Shown one piece after another: positions 21,501 to 33,995 of a stretch of 64,000 nt of DNA. A program made the translations under genes and the position numbers. Under the pieces are notes generated by a model that saw only the letters and a list, made by a program, of their open reading frames with translations, ran no database searches and was not told the DNA's origin. This DNA comes from Tubiluchus corallicola (Eukaryota; Animalia; Priapulida): assembly GCA_030141605.1 (NCBI GenBank), contig JAQGDQ010000263.1, forward strand, positions 116,502 to 180,501, read 5' to 3'. The first letter of the stretch is position 1. The number at the start of each line of letters is the position of its first letter.

Positions 21501-22621
21501 GGTCAAGAGCACGTGGGGGCAGTACTGTTTGCTTCACAGCCCCTCACAGGTCCAGCAATGTGGTGTTTGGCTGTTGTGCGCATGCAGCCATGCGCACATG
21601 TCTGAGATAAGATTGGTAGAAAGAGTAGAGTCGCTCATGCAGTGTGTGTTGTCGCATGCTTAAAACCCGTGTACCGATATATTGTTGAACTACGACTATT
21701 TACAACTATTTGTAAGCAAACAATGTTTTTTTGCTTAGGATTTTATCAAGTCTATGTATAAGTTTTCCTATGTTTGTTTATTTAAAATTACAATCACAGC
21801 ATTAAAATTACATACGTTTATTTCGTTTTATCCAGTATTAAAACAATGGCTAAAAATTCTCTGAAGCAGCACCCCCAGTAATTTTACCTACAAGCCACCA
21901 CCGATAAGGATATCAATATTAGTAAAAATTTCATTCCAGCTTCGGGAATGTTGCTAAGCATTTCTTTAGATGCTTCAGTTTAATAAGTTTTAATTTGCAT
22001 GCAACTTTTCCTACCATTTGGTTTTTTGCTCTCCTTCAGAATAAACTGACACTGCATTTGATTTTCCGGAAATGTCATCCGACTGAGATCAAGAGGACTA
22101 CTCAGATCGTCCCCTTGCAACTTATCCCGTATGTGACTCATGAGAATGGAGTAGGGTTGTTCATGGCCTATAAGTGGATACTGTACATCTTCCCGGCTAG
22201 ACTTCACCCACAAACGATAACTTGAGCTAAAGTCAGGCTAAAATAAGGAAATTGCAATACATGTAAAGATGAGAACGTGAATAGTAAGAGAAGAATATAC
22301 TTTTCCCTATGGAAAAAGATTTTTCATACTCAAAAGGTTTAGGTAAATAATTTTGTTCGTGTAAGTAATTCTGTTCTTTGGAACCAGCTTTTTCTTCATG
22401 TCAAAACTTCTACGTCACTTCCTTGTTTTAAACTCGAATAGAACAATTTTACTTTCGCATGCGTTTGTAATCGTTTAATTTTAGTTGCTTCTGAAAATTT
22501 TAATTATCTGGCATAATTTGATAAATTTTAATTTGTGTAGTGTAACATTTTTGGTTCTGTGATCTCATTGTATTTTTACCACTGTAAAGTTAACAAGCAA
22601 TCTTGGAAGTCAGACTAATAA

Positions 22622-22678
<57 letters not shown>

Positions 22679-25600
22679 CGCCGAAATTTAGAATTAGTGA
22701 GAGTAAACACTTTTCTCGATGAAAATAATTGTGATCTCAACAGATTTAAGAAAATGATTTTGTTCCCGTAATACCGTTGTCTGGAACTTAGAACTGGCAG
22801 GAGGATTTTTATTACGAAGGATGCGGAACTCGTTATCTTTACAGATTTTCAACCAAGTTTCACACTTCTCATTGTTATCACGGGTTTAACCCACAGAAGT
22901 GGGAAAAAAACTCTCATTTTAGGCAAAATGTGACTTCAATATAATACTCACGTTTATTTCAAATAATGCAATTGATTTCTGCACACATTCCGCTGCAGTA
23001 TCCACGTTGGTTATGGTAACACATTTATACTGAAAATTAACAACAACAGTCTTGGTAAATTAATGATTCATGATTCAAAAACAAATTATTGTTCTCACAA
23101 AACTACATAAAAAATTAAATATACTCCAAAATTTGGATTTTAAACCAACATAAAACCACTAATTCAGCCAAAAAAGGCATGACATTATACAAAAATGCCA
23201 ATGCTTAGAGACGAAATACTTAAATAAGGGTCAGTAGTTTCTTATTTAATTTTACTCACAACTACAGAAATTGCATTGAGAAAAACTACTCTACTACATT
23301 TTAAACAGAAGATTAAATTGCTTTACTTACATTTACTCCGTTAGATGAGCTGGGATTATATATTTTGAGAGCTACAGTTTTTGGCACCTCCTTCATCTTT
23401 TCTGTGTTTATGACCCTACAACAAAGTTCACAGTTAACAAAGGTCAACACAGAATGTTATGTGGCATCATTTTATATAAACAGCCATTTGCTAAGTCATA
23501 AAAAAGATCTTTGTCATAAAAGTCAAGCAATTTAAAAAAAGCTAATATCCAAAGAGATATCACTTGCCTTGTTAGGTTACCTATCCTATTAGTGTTTACA
23601 GTACTAATATTGTAAATAGTATTGTATGCAATACTACTATAGGTAATAGAATTTCTTCTACCTAACAGTAGTGCTGACTTGAAAGATATACAATAGGCAC
23701 CAATAGTTAGACACTTTTGTTGCTCGGGTTCAGTGATAATTTATTTCTTTAAAGCAAGTATAATTTCAATGGTGGAGGAGATTGTACAATTAGACTCGGA
23801 AACAAACGTAACATTAACACCATCTTGTACAATCCATTTGTTTGAGCATCACGTTACTGTCAAAATCGTTAATTTTATTCTCAAGTTAACGCAATAGATC
23901 ATCATTCTCAATAACAGAAAAGACGCTACATTAGTAAGGGCTCAATAAGCAAAGATGCACTGACTAAGGCATAATCCATGTAAAACAACTGAAGTTACAG
24001 CAGACGGTTTTGCTTTACCCAAATGTCATGTGACAGTTGTAGTTAAGATGCATTGCTGTGCTACATTTAACCTCTGACCTACAGCAGATAGTTTTGCTTT
24101 AGACAATTGTCATGTGACAGTTGTAGTTAAGATGCGTTGATGTGTACACTTGACCTTTGACCTACAGCAACTACGTGTATGCAGAACGAAACTGTGAAAA
24201 GGCTTATTCAACCATTACAAACTAAAACACAGCATTTCATGATCTTAATATCAAATTGTGTTTTATGTTGAATCACATTTCAATGCATTATTCACATAAT
24301 ACATCAAAAGGCACACAGCACAGTACAATTGAATAAAAGACACTAGGCAATCTCTCACTTACTCTTTCAGTTTGTTGAGCCACAAATCCTTAACGTAAGT
24401 TGCTGCAAATGTAGCGACTACATTTGTCGTGGGCCAGCCAATCACAAATGACGTATCAAGACTTCGGTTTGATTCGGAAACTTCACTGACGCAGTCGCTT
24501 AACCATATTTCACTGACCCGTATTCGATGTTTCAACTTGTACGATGTGTTGCTTTTGCTGCAAAAATATATTTATAAATAACTTCCTAGATTTACCGTAT
24601 TTTAATAATTATTTAAACGAAATCTCACAAATTAGTATTAACAAACCACATTGATAATTAGCAATTAATAAGTACATAAATTATATTCTCTCAATTAAAT
24701 TTTAAAATTATAAAAGTTCTCAACATAAAGTTAGCTTGAACGTGATGTAATTTAGTTGGTCAATTCAAGCGACGTATAAATGCACAGAATAGATCAAAAG
24801 CAGAAGAATTTTACAAATTAATGATTATTATTTTTGAAATGTCGTAGGTAATTCTGTGCAATTAAATGAGTAATCAACTCACTTGGCTTTTGCTACCAGC
24901 AACAAATCGCTGAATAAGAATAAATGCCGATCGCCCTGCAAAATAAACAAAATTTTACATGAATATCTTCATAGTGATAGTAGTTATTTATAATTCTGTT
25001 TTTACCTTGCTAATAACGATTTTTAAACAAAGAAAAACTCGTACAAAGTTAGAACAGGACTAAATTAAGCATACCAACATTCTCTTGCCTATAAAAGTTG
25101 GCAATTGTTCCTTATATTTGAATAATTAGCTTAGAAAATTAATTAACGGCAACCGAACACAGCTATTGCTTACGTCAGAAACTAACCACAGTTTGTGCAA
25201 TGGCAGGCATCTTCCCTTGCGCATCAAGCACATTTGCATAAGTGTTACAGCACTGCTTAAACGTGCGATGTCACGAAAAATGGGTTTACATCATATGACG
25301 TCAGAAACTAACACTGCAGTTCATGATCATGCTTATCACTGTACCGCCTTCTATCTGTCGGCCAAGCGAATGTGACAAAAAGGCGCCGCTGCCAATCTTA
25401 GTAGATTCACTGAGCCGCGCGTAGCTTTGAAAGTTTAATGAAATTTGAGCATCCGAGGTAATTATTATTTAATCTAAGCTTTGATTTAAAATAAGCTTTT
25501 GTAGTTCTCAATATTTTAGAGCATTCTTTATTGTGAACTCGTGTTTACACAATCATCCAGTTTTCCTTTAAACTTATACTGCATAGAGTTTCCATATTAA

Positions 25601-28433
25601 GCAAACAATACGATCGCACACGAGAATTGTGAAGCGAAGTAAAAGATGAACAAATTAAAAACAACTTACGCTGTTGAGTTGCACAGCCCCCTCCATAACA
25701 TAAAATCTATTGTTGTTATTGCCTGAGCTAGAGTAAGTAGACCTATTGTCGACATCACTTTGTGTTCTGTAACAAATATTAGTCAATACGCATTTGTGTC
25801 ACTTGCTGGTATGCAATACAGGTGGCACCACTTGCACTGAGTACATTTGAAGCAAGGAGTGAAATTCCAATAATAGAAGCACTGATGCTCTTTATTTGCA
25901 ATAATAATTTCTTTCAATTCAAAAATCAACATATTTCAAGTAAAGTTAAGAGTTTGCTGCTACCGAATCGCTGGAAATAAGAAATGATGAAAATCAAAGC
26001 ATATAAACCAGAGCAAAACGATTTAAACGTCATCATCATCATCACCATCATCATCATTGTCATCATCTTTATCATTATCGTCATCCTCAACATCATCACC
26101 ATTCATAATCATCACGTCACTAATCTCTTGAGCAATTTTACAGCAAGTAAAAACAACAATATAACATAGTAACAACAATATATACATAATATATTAATAT
26201 AATATATATAATATAATATATATAATAATATGATATCATCATTATCAATATATCAATAATAAAAAGTAACATATAATAGTTACACATAAGCAAAATCTTA
26301 ATATTCTGGTAAAAATTACATGATATCACTCGAACACAGTCGCAGTGAGTTCTGAGCACGTGTACTATAAAGATTTGTGTTGTGGTTCTGTGACGCCATC
26401 CAATATGGCACCGCCTTGACAGTCTTGCGGTAGTATTTAAAATGAAAAAAACAGGAAATTCTTTTAAAGTGAGTATTTGCCTCTAAGCGTTATAATTCTT
26501 TAGCGAAATTTTTCCGAGATTCGCTTTAACTAGGCCCTTGCTTGCACTTTAAAGCTTGCACTTTAAAGCATTTTATAAACAAGTACTTACGAAAGAGACA
26601 AAGAAAAGTTTGATTTTTTCTTATTTTGACGGCGTTGCAATGACTTGCCCTTCTGTGGTAGCAGACCCAGAAGTCCCAAGTCATCGTTGGGGAAAAGATT
26701 CTGCACTTTTTCCAGTCGATACTCATTCTGAATATCTGCGTGTATTAGATCCATGGGTTCAGAAATCTGCTTTACCATCTGAAAATAGATTTGAAAAGCT
26801 TAAGTTTGAAGAAGAATCACTTGAATAATGATAAAATGAATAATTTTGATAATTTTTTCAAAAGCTTAGGTTTGAAGAAGCATCACTTGAATGATGATAA
26901 AATGAATAATTTTGATAATTTTTTCAAAAGCTTAGGTTTGAAGAAGCATCACTTGAATGATGATAAAATGAATAATATTGATAATTTTTTCAAAAGCTTA
27001 GGTTTGAAGAAGCATCAGTTGAATGATGATAAAATGAATAATTTTGATAATTTTTTCAAAAGCTTAGGTTTGAAGAAGCATCATTTGAATGATGATAAAA
27101 TGAATAATTTTGATAATTTTTTCAAAAGCTTAGGTTTGAAGAAGCATCAGTTGAATGATGATAAAATGAATAATTTTGATAATTTTTTCAAAAGCTTAGG
27201 TTTGAAGAAGCATCACTTGATTGATGATAAAATGAATAATTTTGATAATTTTTTCAAAAGCTTAGGTTTGAAGAAGCATCACTTGATTGATGATAAAATG
27301 AATAATTTTGATAATTTTTTCAAAAGCTTAGGTTTGAAGAAGCATCACTTGAATGATGATAAAATGAATAATTTTGATAATTTTTTCAAAAGCTTAGGTT
27401 TGAAGAAGCATCACTTGAATGATGAAAAAATGAATAATTTTGATAATTTTTTCAAAAGCTTAGGTTTGAAGAAGCATCATTTGAAAGATGATAAAATGAA
27501 TAATTTTGATAATTTTTTCAAAAGCTTAGGTTTGAAGAAGCATCACTTGAATGATGATAAAATGAATAATTTTGATAATTTTTTCAAAAGCTTAGGTTTG
27601 AAGAAGCATCACTTGAATGATGATAAAATGAATAATTTTGATAATTTTTTCAAAAGCTTAGGTTTGAAGAAGCATCACTTGAATGATGATAAAATGAATA
27701 ATTTTGAAATTTTTTTCAAAAGCTTAGGTTTGAAGAAGCATCATTTGAAAGATGATAAAATGAATAATTTTGATAATTTTTTCAAAAGCTTAGGTTTGAA
27801 GAAGCATCACTTGAATGATGATAAAATGAATAATTTTGATCATTTTTTCAAAAGCTTAGGTTTGAAGAAGCATCACTTGAATGATGATAAAATGAATAAT
27901 TTTGATCATTTTTTCAAAAGTTTAGGTTTGAAGAAGCATCACTTGAGTGATGGTAAATTGAATAATTTTGATAATTTTTTTCAAAATAGAACTTTATTGC
28001 CGACTGGTTTCGAACAATTACTGTTCAAAAGTTGTCCGAAACCGGTCGGTAATAAAATTCTATTTTGAAAATTATCAAAATTATTACTTATTTATCAAAA
28101 TAATATGGATAATTCAAATTTCGATAACGTTCATAAAATGCTTTTTATTCAGGCAGCTAACTGAGTTTGGAAAATGGCATTCGAAAAGTCGAACTACCAT
28201 TGGCCAACGACTAAAAACTTGTTTACGTGAATGATAACATCACGTTGAAACAAACCACTTCATGGGTTACTTTTCAAGCGAGTAAATGATCAGAATTCTG
28301 TGTAATAGCCATGGCTACTTACAGTGTTGGTCCTGGCAGATGCCTTGTGCAGTTCATCAAAGTCTGGATGCGTAGATTGTGTCTCTAACAAAACTTCTCT
28401 GATGTATTTCTCATAATCCCACAGCCGCTGTAC
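16388..28433 (-). CDS. ARHGAP20: ARHGAP20-like Rho GTPase-activating protein: DH C-terminal fragment, PH, RA, RhoGAP, long disordered tail with PDZ-binding motif; 15 shared exons (~1394 aa)
   Basis: Exons (5' to 3') 28323-28433, 26591-26778, 25670-25766, 24883-24935, 24363-24557, 23331-23415, 22952-23029, 22015-22237, 20917-21086, 20359-20520, 19872-19978, 19464-19653, 19180-19333, 18765-18939, 16388-18584; all AG/GT with matching phases. RHLFLFSDLLLVAK, FVIGWPTTNVVATF, LWVKS...YPLIGHE.P..I and CQFIL are ARHGAP20-family signatures; GIFRK arginine finger and NKMNANNLSICIGPSLLW are RhoGAP motifs. Confidence 0.9.
18765..18939 (-). CDS. ARHGAP20-like exon
   Basis: ttttgcag|(G)HMAKDNSSVDSLD...LSRDSGLTLSDQLLFDAEEDSE|gtgagt. 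Confidence 0.9.
19180..19333 (-). CDS. ARHGAP20-like exon (end of RhoGAP)
   Basis: tttcag|VPLCVQFMIEKSTEMFGENVIKLFG...QDIS G|gtaagg. Confidence 0.92.
19464..19653 (-). CDS. ARHGAP20-like exon (RhoGAP)
   Basis: ILKKLPRTNYELLRHFVCVLWHIDRKSEENKMNANNLSICIGPSLLWPP; ttttctag acceptor, gtaaga donor. Confidence 0.95.
19872..19978 (-). CDS. ARHGAP20-like exon (RhoGAP)
   Basis: DFCRNLPDCLLVSGLYFEWSAAVDEDDYSRLSKFK; tatatag acceptor, gtaagt donor. Confidence 0.93.
20359..20520 (-). CDS. ARHGAP20-like exon (RhoGAP arginine finger)
   Basis: ALLQKIFQEGPYCSGIFRKTANVKHRNELKHCLDTGLDVSVNDFLVFVVAACFM; aatacag acceptor, gtaaat donor, phase 0-0. Confidence 0.95.
20917..21086 (-). CDS. ARHGAP20-like exon (start of RhoGAP)
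   Basis: SPKKNKRIGVSLKRSPAILWPKFKK...GKLFGHCLAELSPDGSVPPQIM; ttgcag acceptor, gtaaga donor. Confidence 0.92.
21388..21903. mobile_element. hAT MITE with 8-bp target-site duplication
   Basis: Exact 8-bp direct repeat ATAAGGAT at 21380-21387 and 21904-21911; imperfect TIRs cagtggcagctcgt / acaagccaccaccg. Confidence 0.88.
22015..22237 (-). CDS. ARHGAP20-like exon (RA domain)
   Basis: PDFSSSYRLWVKSSREDVQYPLIGHEQPYSILMSH...QCQFILKESKKPN; ttttag acceptor, gtagga donor. Confidence 0.93.
22622..22678. repeat. (ATT)n microsatellite
   Basis: Direct reading. Confidence 0.95.
22952..23029 (-). CDS. ARHGAP20-like exon (RA domain)
   Basis: ttttcag|YKCVTITNVDTAAECVQKSIALFEIN|gtgagt. Confidence 0.9.
23331..23415 (-). 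CDS. ARHGAP20-like exon (PH-RA linker)
   Basis: ttgtag|VINTEKMKEVPKTVALKIYNPSSSNGVN|gtaagt, phase 2-0. Confidence 0.88.
23960..24208. mobile_element. MITE family B partial copy with internal duplication
   Basis: Ends cgaaactgtgaaaaggcttatt; tgtcatgtgacagttgtagttaagatgc occurs twice. Confidence 0.75.
24363..24557 (-). CDS. ARHGAP20-like exon (PH domain)
   Basis: KSNTSYKLKHRIRVSEIWLSDCVSEVSE...SFVIGWPTTNVVATFAATYVKDLWLNKLK; tttttgcag acceptor, gtaagt donor. Confidence 0.95.
24883..24935 (-). CDS. ARHGAP20-like exon (PH domain)
   Basis: ttttgcag|GDRHLFLFSDLLLVAKA|gtgagt. Confidence 0.94.
25078..25571. mobile_element. MITE family A copy (one end truncated)
   Basis: Reverse complement of 1451-1931; ends acacaatcatccagttttcctttaa. 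Confidence 0.85.
25670..25766 (-). CDS. ARHGAP20-like exon (start of PH)
   Basis: ttgttacag|TQSDVDNRSTYSSSGNNNNRFYVMEGAVQLNS|gtaagt, phase 2-0. Confidence 0.88.
26591..26778 (-). CDS. ARHGAP20-like exon (DH-PH linker)
   Basis: ttttcag|MVKQISEPMDLIHADIQNEYRLEKVQNLFPNDDL...SLSL TC|gtaagt, phase 0-2. Confidence 0.88.
26794..27981. repeat. 63-bp tandem array (~19 copies), intronic
   Basis: aaaagcttaggtttgaagaagcatcacttgaatgatgataaaatgaataattttgataattttttc-type unit; produces the repetitive 425-aa + strand ORF. Confidence 0.97.
28323..28433 (-). CDS. Exon encoding the C-terminal part of a DH (RhoGEF) domain
   Basis: gcttcag|VQRLWDYEKYIREVLLETQSTHPDFDELHKASARTNT|gtaagt; matches the DH consensus PVQRL..Y...L..LL..T...HPD...L..A; phase 0-0. 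Confidence 0.9.
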
Positions 28434-31400
28434 CTGAAGCCAAAACAACCACTAATTAAACTAATGAGTACATCAATCCATCAGTTCTCATTAATAATTA
28501 ACTAGACTTTCATTTGTTGTTTGGCCTGGCAAATGCTGTGTGTGTGTTTTTTAAAGATCAAAAGTGAAAACTACAGCTGTTCAAAGTCCACTTGTCATAG
28601 CCTGCAATGCACTAATCTGTTAGTCTAGTAATTCATATAGGTCACGCAATATAGTGGGCGTATATAAAAGCAAAATCTATTTAGGCAGAAGACGAGGAAA
28701 TTCTGAATAACCCTGAAATAATTTCATGTGTTAATTTGAACCAGCGATTCTCAAAAGGAGATTGGTGTTTCTGGTACAGTAGCAAGGAAGTGTTAACAAA
28801 TGCCAGAGGCACCAATGTTTTCTCCATATATTTACTGTCAATTAACGAGATAGTGGTAAAGGAACTGCGCGTTAGTTATCAAAATTTTTATCACCTAGGT
28901 TTTTTAAATCAACATGTCACCAATTTTGGCGAAATCCAAACATATAAAAAAAAACTACAAGCATGATGCACTAACGTCTAAAACCAACTAGACAGACTAG
29001 CAAGAGTGTTAAGAAAATAAAAGTACAGACATTCTCAAAGTCAAACAGTCATCCGCCTATCTCATATTCCGTATAGCATGTTACACACTTCATCCAAAAA
29101 CTATAACAATAACATTTATGGATAATTTATTGCTTTTTTGAGTGACAAAAGAAAGGAATGTCTTTGTCATGCACCTGTCTGGCAGGTGCAAGCCTTAATC
29201 CCGAATCCACAAGTGTTTCCTTTGAAAAAAAAATACACAAAGGGAATATTTTTCTGGAACCACAGAGAAACACCAAGAAGAGGTTTTTTTAAATTGGGGC
29301 AATGCAATGGTATCCCATTATAGATAATGCCAACGAGTAAGCAAAAAACTCAATGAAAAAATGTATCTAAAAAGACACGGTGAATGAAACATACAACATT
29401 ACGAAGACCTTTTTCATATTCAAAGACACTAGGTAACAAATTTCGTTAGCGAAGTCCCCGTATACAAAAACACAACTGCTTCAGCCCTAAGAACGTTTAA
29501 ACAAAATTCGACACAAAGACGAAAAGATTCACATTAAACTCACATTAAATGAATAATCTTATCGCGTATTCGAGAGGCATAGTCAGTAAATTATTGATGA
29601 CTCACTGATTATTTAGAACATTTTGTCTACAGCCTTACCATCATCACAAACAAGCAATGCCTCTAAAACCAATCGAATCTTGCCACTTCTTCCCGAAGAT
29701 GTCAGCGGACAAAGAACTCGTAAAAACCTCCACACAGGCGCATAGTAAAATTCTAATTTTTTTTGTTCAGCAGTTAAACACACAGTGCCAAGCAATTTAT
29801 CACTCTAAACACGTTCAGCAGTGTGTCATAATGGTGTGAGTTTACAACCAAGACGTACAGGTGAAGACTTGCTAATGCCATAATCTGTACGCTCACAATG
29901 GATAAGATGCGCGAATAGGAGAGGTTCTATATCGATCAACAAACCCGGTGTGAGCATTAATTAGAATTTCAACAAGGAGCAGCACAGATGCCGGGTATCA
30001 GGTAAAAGAAATGGCGGACCTACTACACCCCTCCGTAATGGCGGCTCTACTACACCCCTCCGCATTCACTTATGAAGAATGACATAGAAGAACAAAAGTG
30101 AACTAACACAAATGTTTTTAATATTAGTTTTTAGACTTAGAGATTTCAAGCTAATAATTGCGTCTACATTTTGTGAAAACGAAACGCATTGCAAACCCAA
30201 AATGATTGCTCCCTGTTGGTACGTTCACACCTGCATTACGTCATAGTTACTTCACGGACAGTCAATGCCTCGATAACCAATTATAGTCATAACCGCATAT
30301 CAAGGTTTCTTGAAAAATCTTACGCGCGATTTGATCAAATTGTAGTTCTACTGCCCTATTTGATTCAGCGAGCTGCAAACGGCAGTAATTTCGTCAAAAA
30401 ATCCCCATAAAACACTTTATACGAAAAAAAGTTAATGACACGTTTAATGCGTTTTAAAAATCATTATTAAAGTCAATAAATTATTAGAAGACACTGTTCA
30501 CAGTGTTGGTGAAGTCAATAAAGCAAATGCCAATAACAGCTTAGCAATCAGGAGTGGAACATTATATTGATTGTAGCAAGTAATATCGACGTAATTTAGT
30601 GGGTGGGGGGTGCTACCTCACGCAGCAATAATGTTAAAGGACTACTATGCAGGATACGAAAGCATGTGTCAAAAACTATGGTGTCAAGTAACAATTTAGC
30701 CATCGATTAGCACCATTAATGACAATAATATTCAAATTAACTGTTACAAGATTGGCTGAGCGTGTATAAAATATTTTATGTATCATGAATTAGGCGTACG
30801 TGTGGATGTTGTACTAAAGTCTAAATGAATTGTTTCATGCTAATTAGGCAAATCGATTTAAACGAATTAGCTGTCGGTCTGATGATTAACTATGGAAAAT
30901 CAGACACAACAGAAGTAAAAACATAACAACATTACTCATACATTCATTAAATGCATTTGTTATACCTCACTAAGATTAGGTGCATTACTTGAAGCATGTT
31001 CAACTGGGTCAGACGTTCATATTTACACGACAAAATTTAAAAACTTACTATTAAAATGCCGAAAGAGAGGAGAATTTTTGGACACGGGTATCCCAGCTGG
31101 ACTAAGTTATTATAAGTTATAATCATACATCTGTATAATCAAATATGTTTACGTTAAAATACGCACCAGTACATAAGGCCAGTTTTGTTAGAAATGCACC
31201 TATTTTGACAGCCGTTGTATTGCAATTGCATAGTCACAAGGGAACCGCATGTGACTTTACAATCAGAAACATACGTTAAGGGCGTACAATGAAAATTGAA
31301 AGCACTTCTCTCTATTGTGTAGCAAAAATTGGCATCTAAGGTATTAATTTTTCAGGTAAAAATCTGTGTGAAAGTCTCCAATGCTTTGTTCTACCCCCTG

Positions 31401-33431
31401 TAGCGATAAAATGATTAGGCGCGTTCTAAATATGGACAAAGAAATCAAAATTGGGACACTAATCATATTAAAGCAAAATTAATTCCCGTATGACTGTAAT
31501 CTGCGCCAACATCTCTGCATTGTTGCTACGGCCGTACAAAGAAATTCACATAAAACAGCGCCGTGCAGCGACCTTAAAAAACACTAAAATTAGGTTAGAT
31601 ATACAATAATGAATTAAACGGTTTCGCTTTCTCTACAGTTCATTGCCATATGAAAACACTAAAATATGCAGATTTCTTTATATAGGAAGCAACTGAATAA
31701 TCTTATGTTTATACGCGTAAACCGTATTGTTGTTACGTGAAGAAGTATGTCAAGAGACCCCGCCTCGTTAAATTAGGAAAAAAGTAAGAGTGCTGGCCGA
31801 AAAGGCCCTTAATGATGCGTTTCAAGTTCAAAATAATCAATTTTACAAGTGCCATAGAAAGAGCATGAGCATGGCTAAAATAAGGACACGTAATGCTTAA
31901 AACATCCGTGACATTCAACTTGTTTAGAAAGTTCCTATTTACGTACAACTAAAACAAACTAAACAAACGCATAGACCACAATGGGTGGATGGCATAGGAG
32001 ATTTCGTATTTCATAAAAAGAAATTATTTTTACTCCTGCAATTTGCTTATGTCTAGGCCTGTTGTTAAGTCATCCAGCATATTACTAGGAGAATCAAACA
32101 AAGTTCTTACATACCGTCAGGTAGAATCAACATCAAGCTTGTGTTCGCAGAACAAAACTAAATCATTAACGCAATTGGCCACGTAGTTTCATTTTTAACA
32201 GAGTGAAACACAAAATGCTTCGAGTGGCAACGAAAGCAGAACGACAAGTTCTTAGTTATAAATTTCTCGGATAAAGAAATAAGTTATGTCGGCACAAATA
32301 ATGTCATTCGATTTTAAAATGCATCGATTTTCTTACTGTCATAAAAAATCACGTTTACTAAGAAATATCGTAAGCTTATGTTACTTACGTACAATAATAC
32401 AAGTTTTCGGAAACTCGTATTTCACGCTGTTGGTGCCCAAAGGCAAGTGTACAGGCCAGACCAAGCAAATAAACACGATTGCGTTTATCACCCTGTTAAT
32501 AGACTGGCACACTTCAAAAGCATTTACATGTAGTTTACTTAGGTACATGTATGTCGCAATAAACAATGGCTGCTTGCACTGAACTGACAGAATAATTAGA
32601 CAACTTATTGTCCAAACTGCCATAATTTCTTAAACTTAGACAAAAATTTTAAAATCGAAGTAATTAGCGTAATTATATATTCTATATGCGTGTATTTTGT
32701 TGTTATGGTAAATAGTTGCTTGCATTACAAACTGATCAGGAAGCTTCGTCAAACACGACGCAAAAAACATCAACAAAGGCTTTGATTTACATTTAAAAAT
32801 CGTGCAACTTCAACACGAATTTCATAATGGCACATGAGCATAGCAATATGTTTTGCATGATTTTCTGTTGACATATGAGTTAAATAAACATGAAATCTTT
32901 GAGACGTTTAACGTTCACTGCATGTATAATGACGCCCATCTTAAACAAATCATAAAACTTTGAATGACAACAAATACATTTTCCTTGGACATGATTAATT
33001 TGTTCGAGGTTTCAAGGGTATGACACTAAAATTCAGTGTGAATAGGCTCCTCTAACAAGCTTTAAAACATCTCGTAAAATTGATGAAGTGATTTTCAATA
33101 AGTTTTTAATTGTTACAAAACCTTAGTGATGCCGACAAAGAACAAAATTTGATGCTGCGGCTCCGTGTAAATAAAAATAAGGTGACGTTTTAGTCACGTG
33201 ATAAAATCCCTCAACACATATTATTTTCTCAAAACGAGAAGGCGTTTTGTGCGTCATCTATTTCAGACTTCAATCTCACGTATTTGCATATCTGTATAAA
33301 TGTGGGTTTACGGTATACTGTATACTTACTTTTAATGTTTGTATTTTGTGAATCATTCAAAAAAATCCATTTAATCCTCGCGCACACATTAAACTCGGAA
33401 TGACTTTCCAGCGTCAAACTGTAAATTTTAC

Positions 33432-33995
33432 CTGAATTCCACCTGTTGCCAAGTCTGGTACGGAAACTGATGGCCGCAGTGACAGGACCTTCTCTGACGT
33501 CACGTGTCTGTTGACTAGAGCGCCATCAGAAATTCTCCTACCAGGAATCTTTGTCCATCTCTTTAGAGGAAATAATTTCCTTTTCTTGTGGGCAGTACCT
33601 TTTTTCTTAAGTGGCTCCCATTCGTTGTTATCGACGGTGTCACCTTCCCCCTTGAAGGGGGTTAATGGAATTTCCGCCATATTTTCTTCTAATTTTGGTA
33701 AAACACGAACTCCAGTGGCGCAGTTCAGCTGCTTACATGAGATATCATAAGAATCATGAAAAACATTAGTGTTGGACTGGTTGGTATCACTGGCCGCTAA
33801 ATGTTCAGCAATGAAATCAGATGTTGATGTATCTTTAAAATATGATAGTCTTTCTTGTGCTTCATTGTCATCGCCATCATCAATATCATCAACAGTCGCA
33901 AACATTGCAGCAGGTTGAACAGACGAGGACTCACGCGGATGCAGCTTGGACAGGGTGTAACCTCTCTTCTTGGAAGCAATCATGCCAAAAAACAT
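33432..33995 (-). CDS. Probable alternative first coding exon of the ARHGAP20-like gene (188 aa, disordered)
   Basis: ATG (MFFGMIASKKRGY...) preceded by in-frame TAA; protein-like composition; ends RPSVSVPDLATGGIQ CAG|gtaaaa in phase 0, compatible with the 28433 acceptor. Confidence 0.75.

Noticed and set aside
26791-28068. 425-aa + strand ORF as a real repeat protein
   Set aside because: It is a 63-bp DNA tandem array antisense within an intron; openness follows from a stop-free unit of length divisible by 3.
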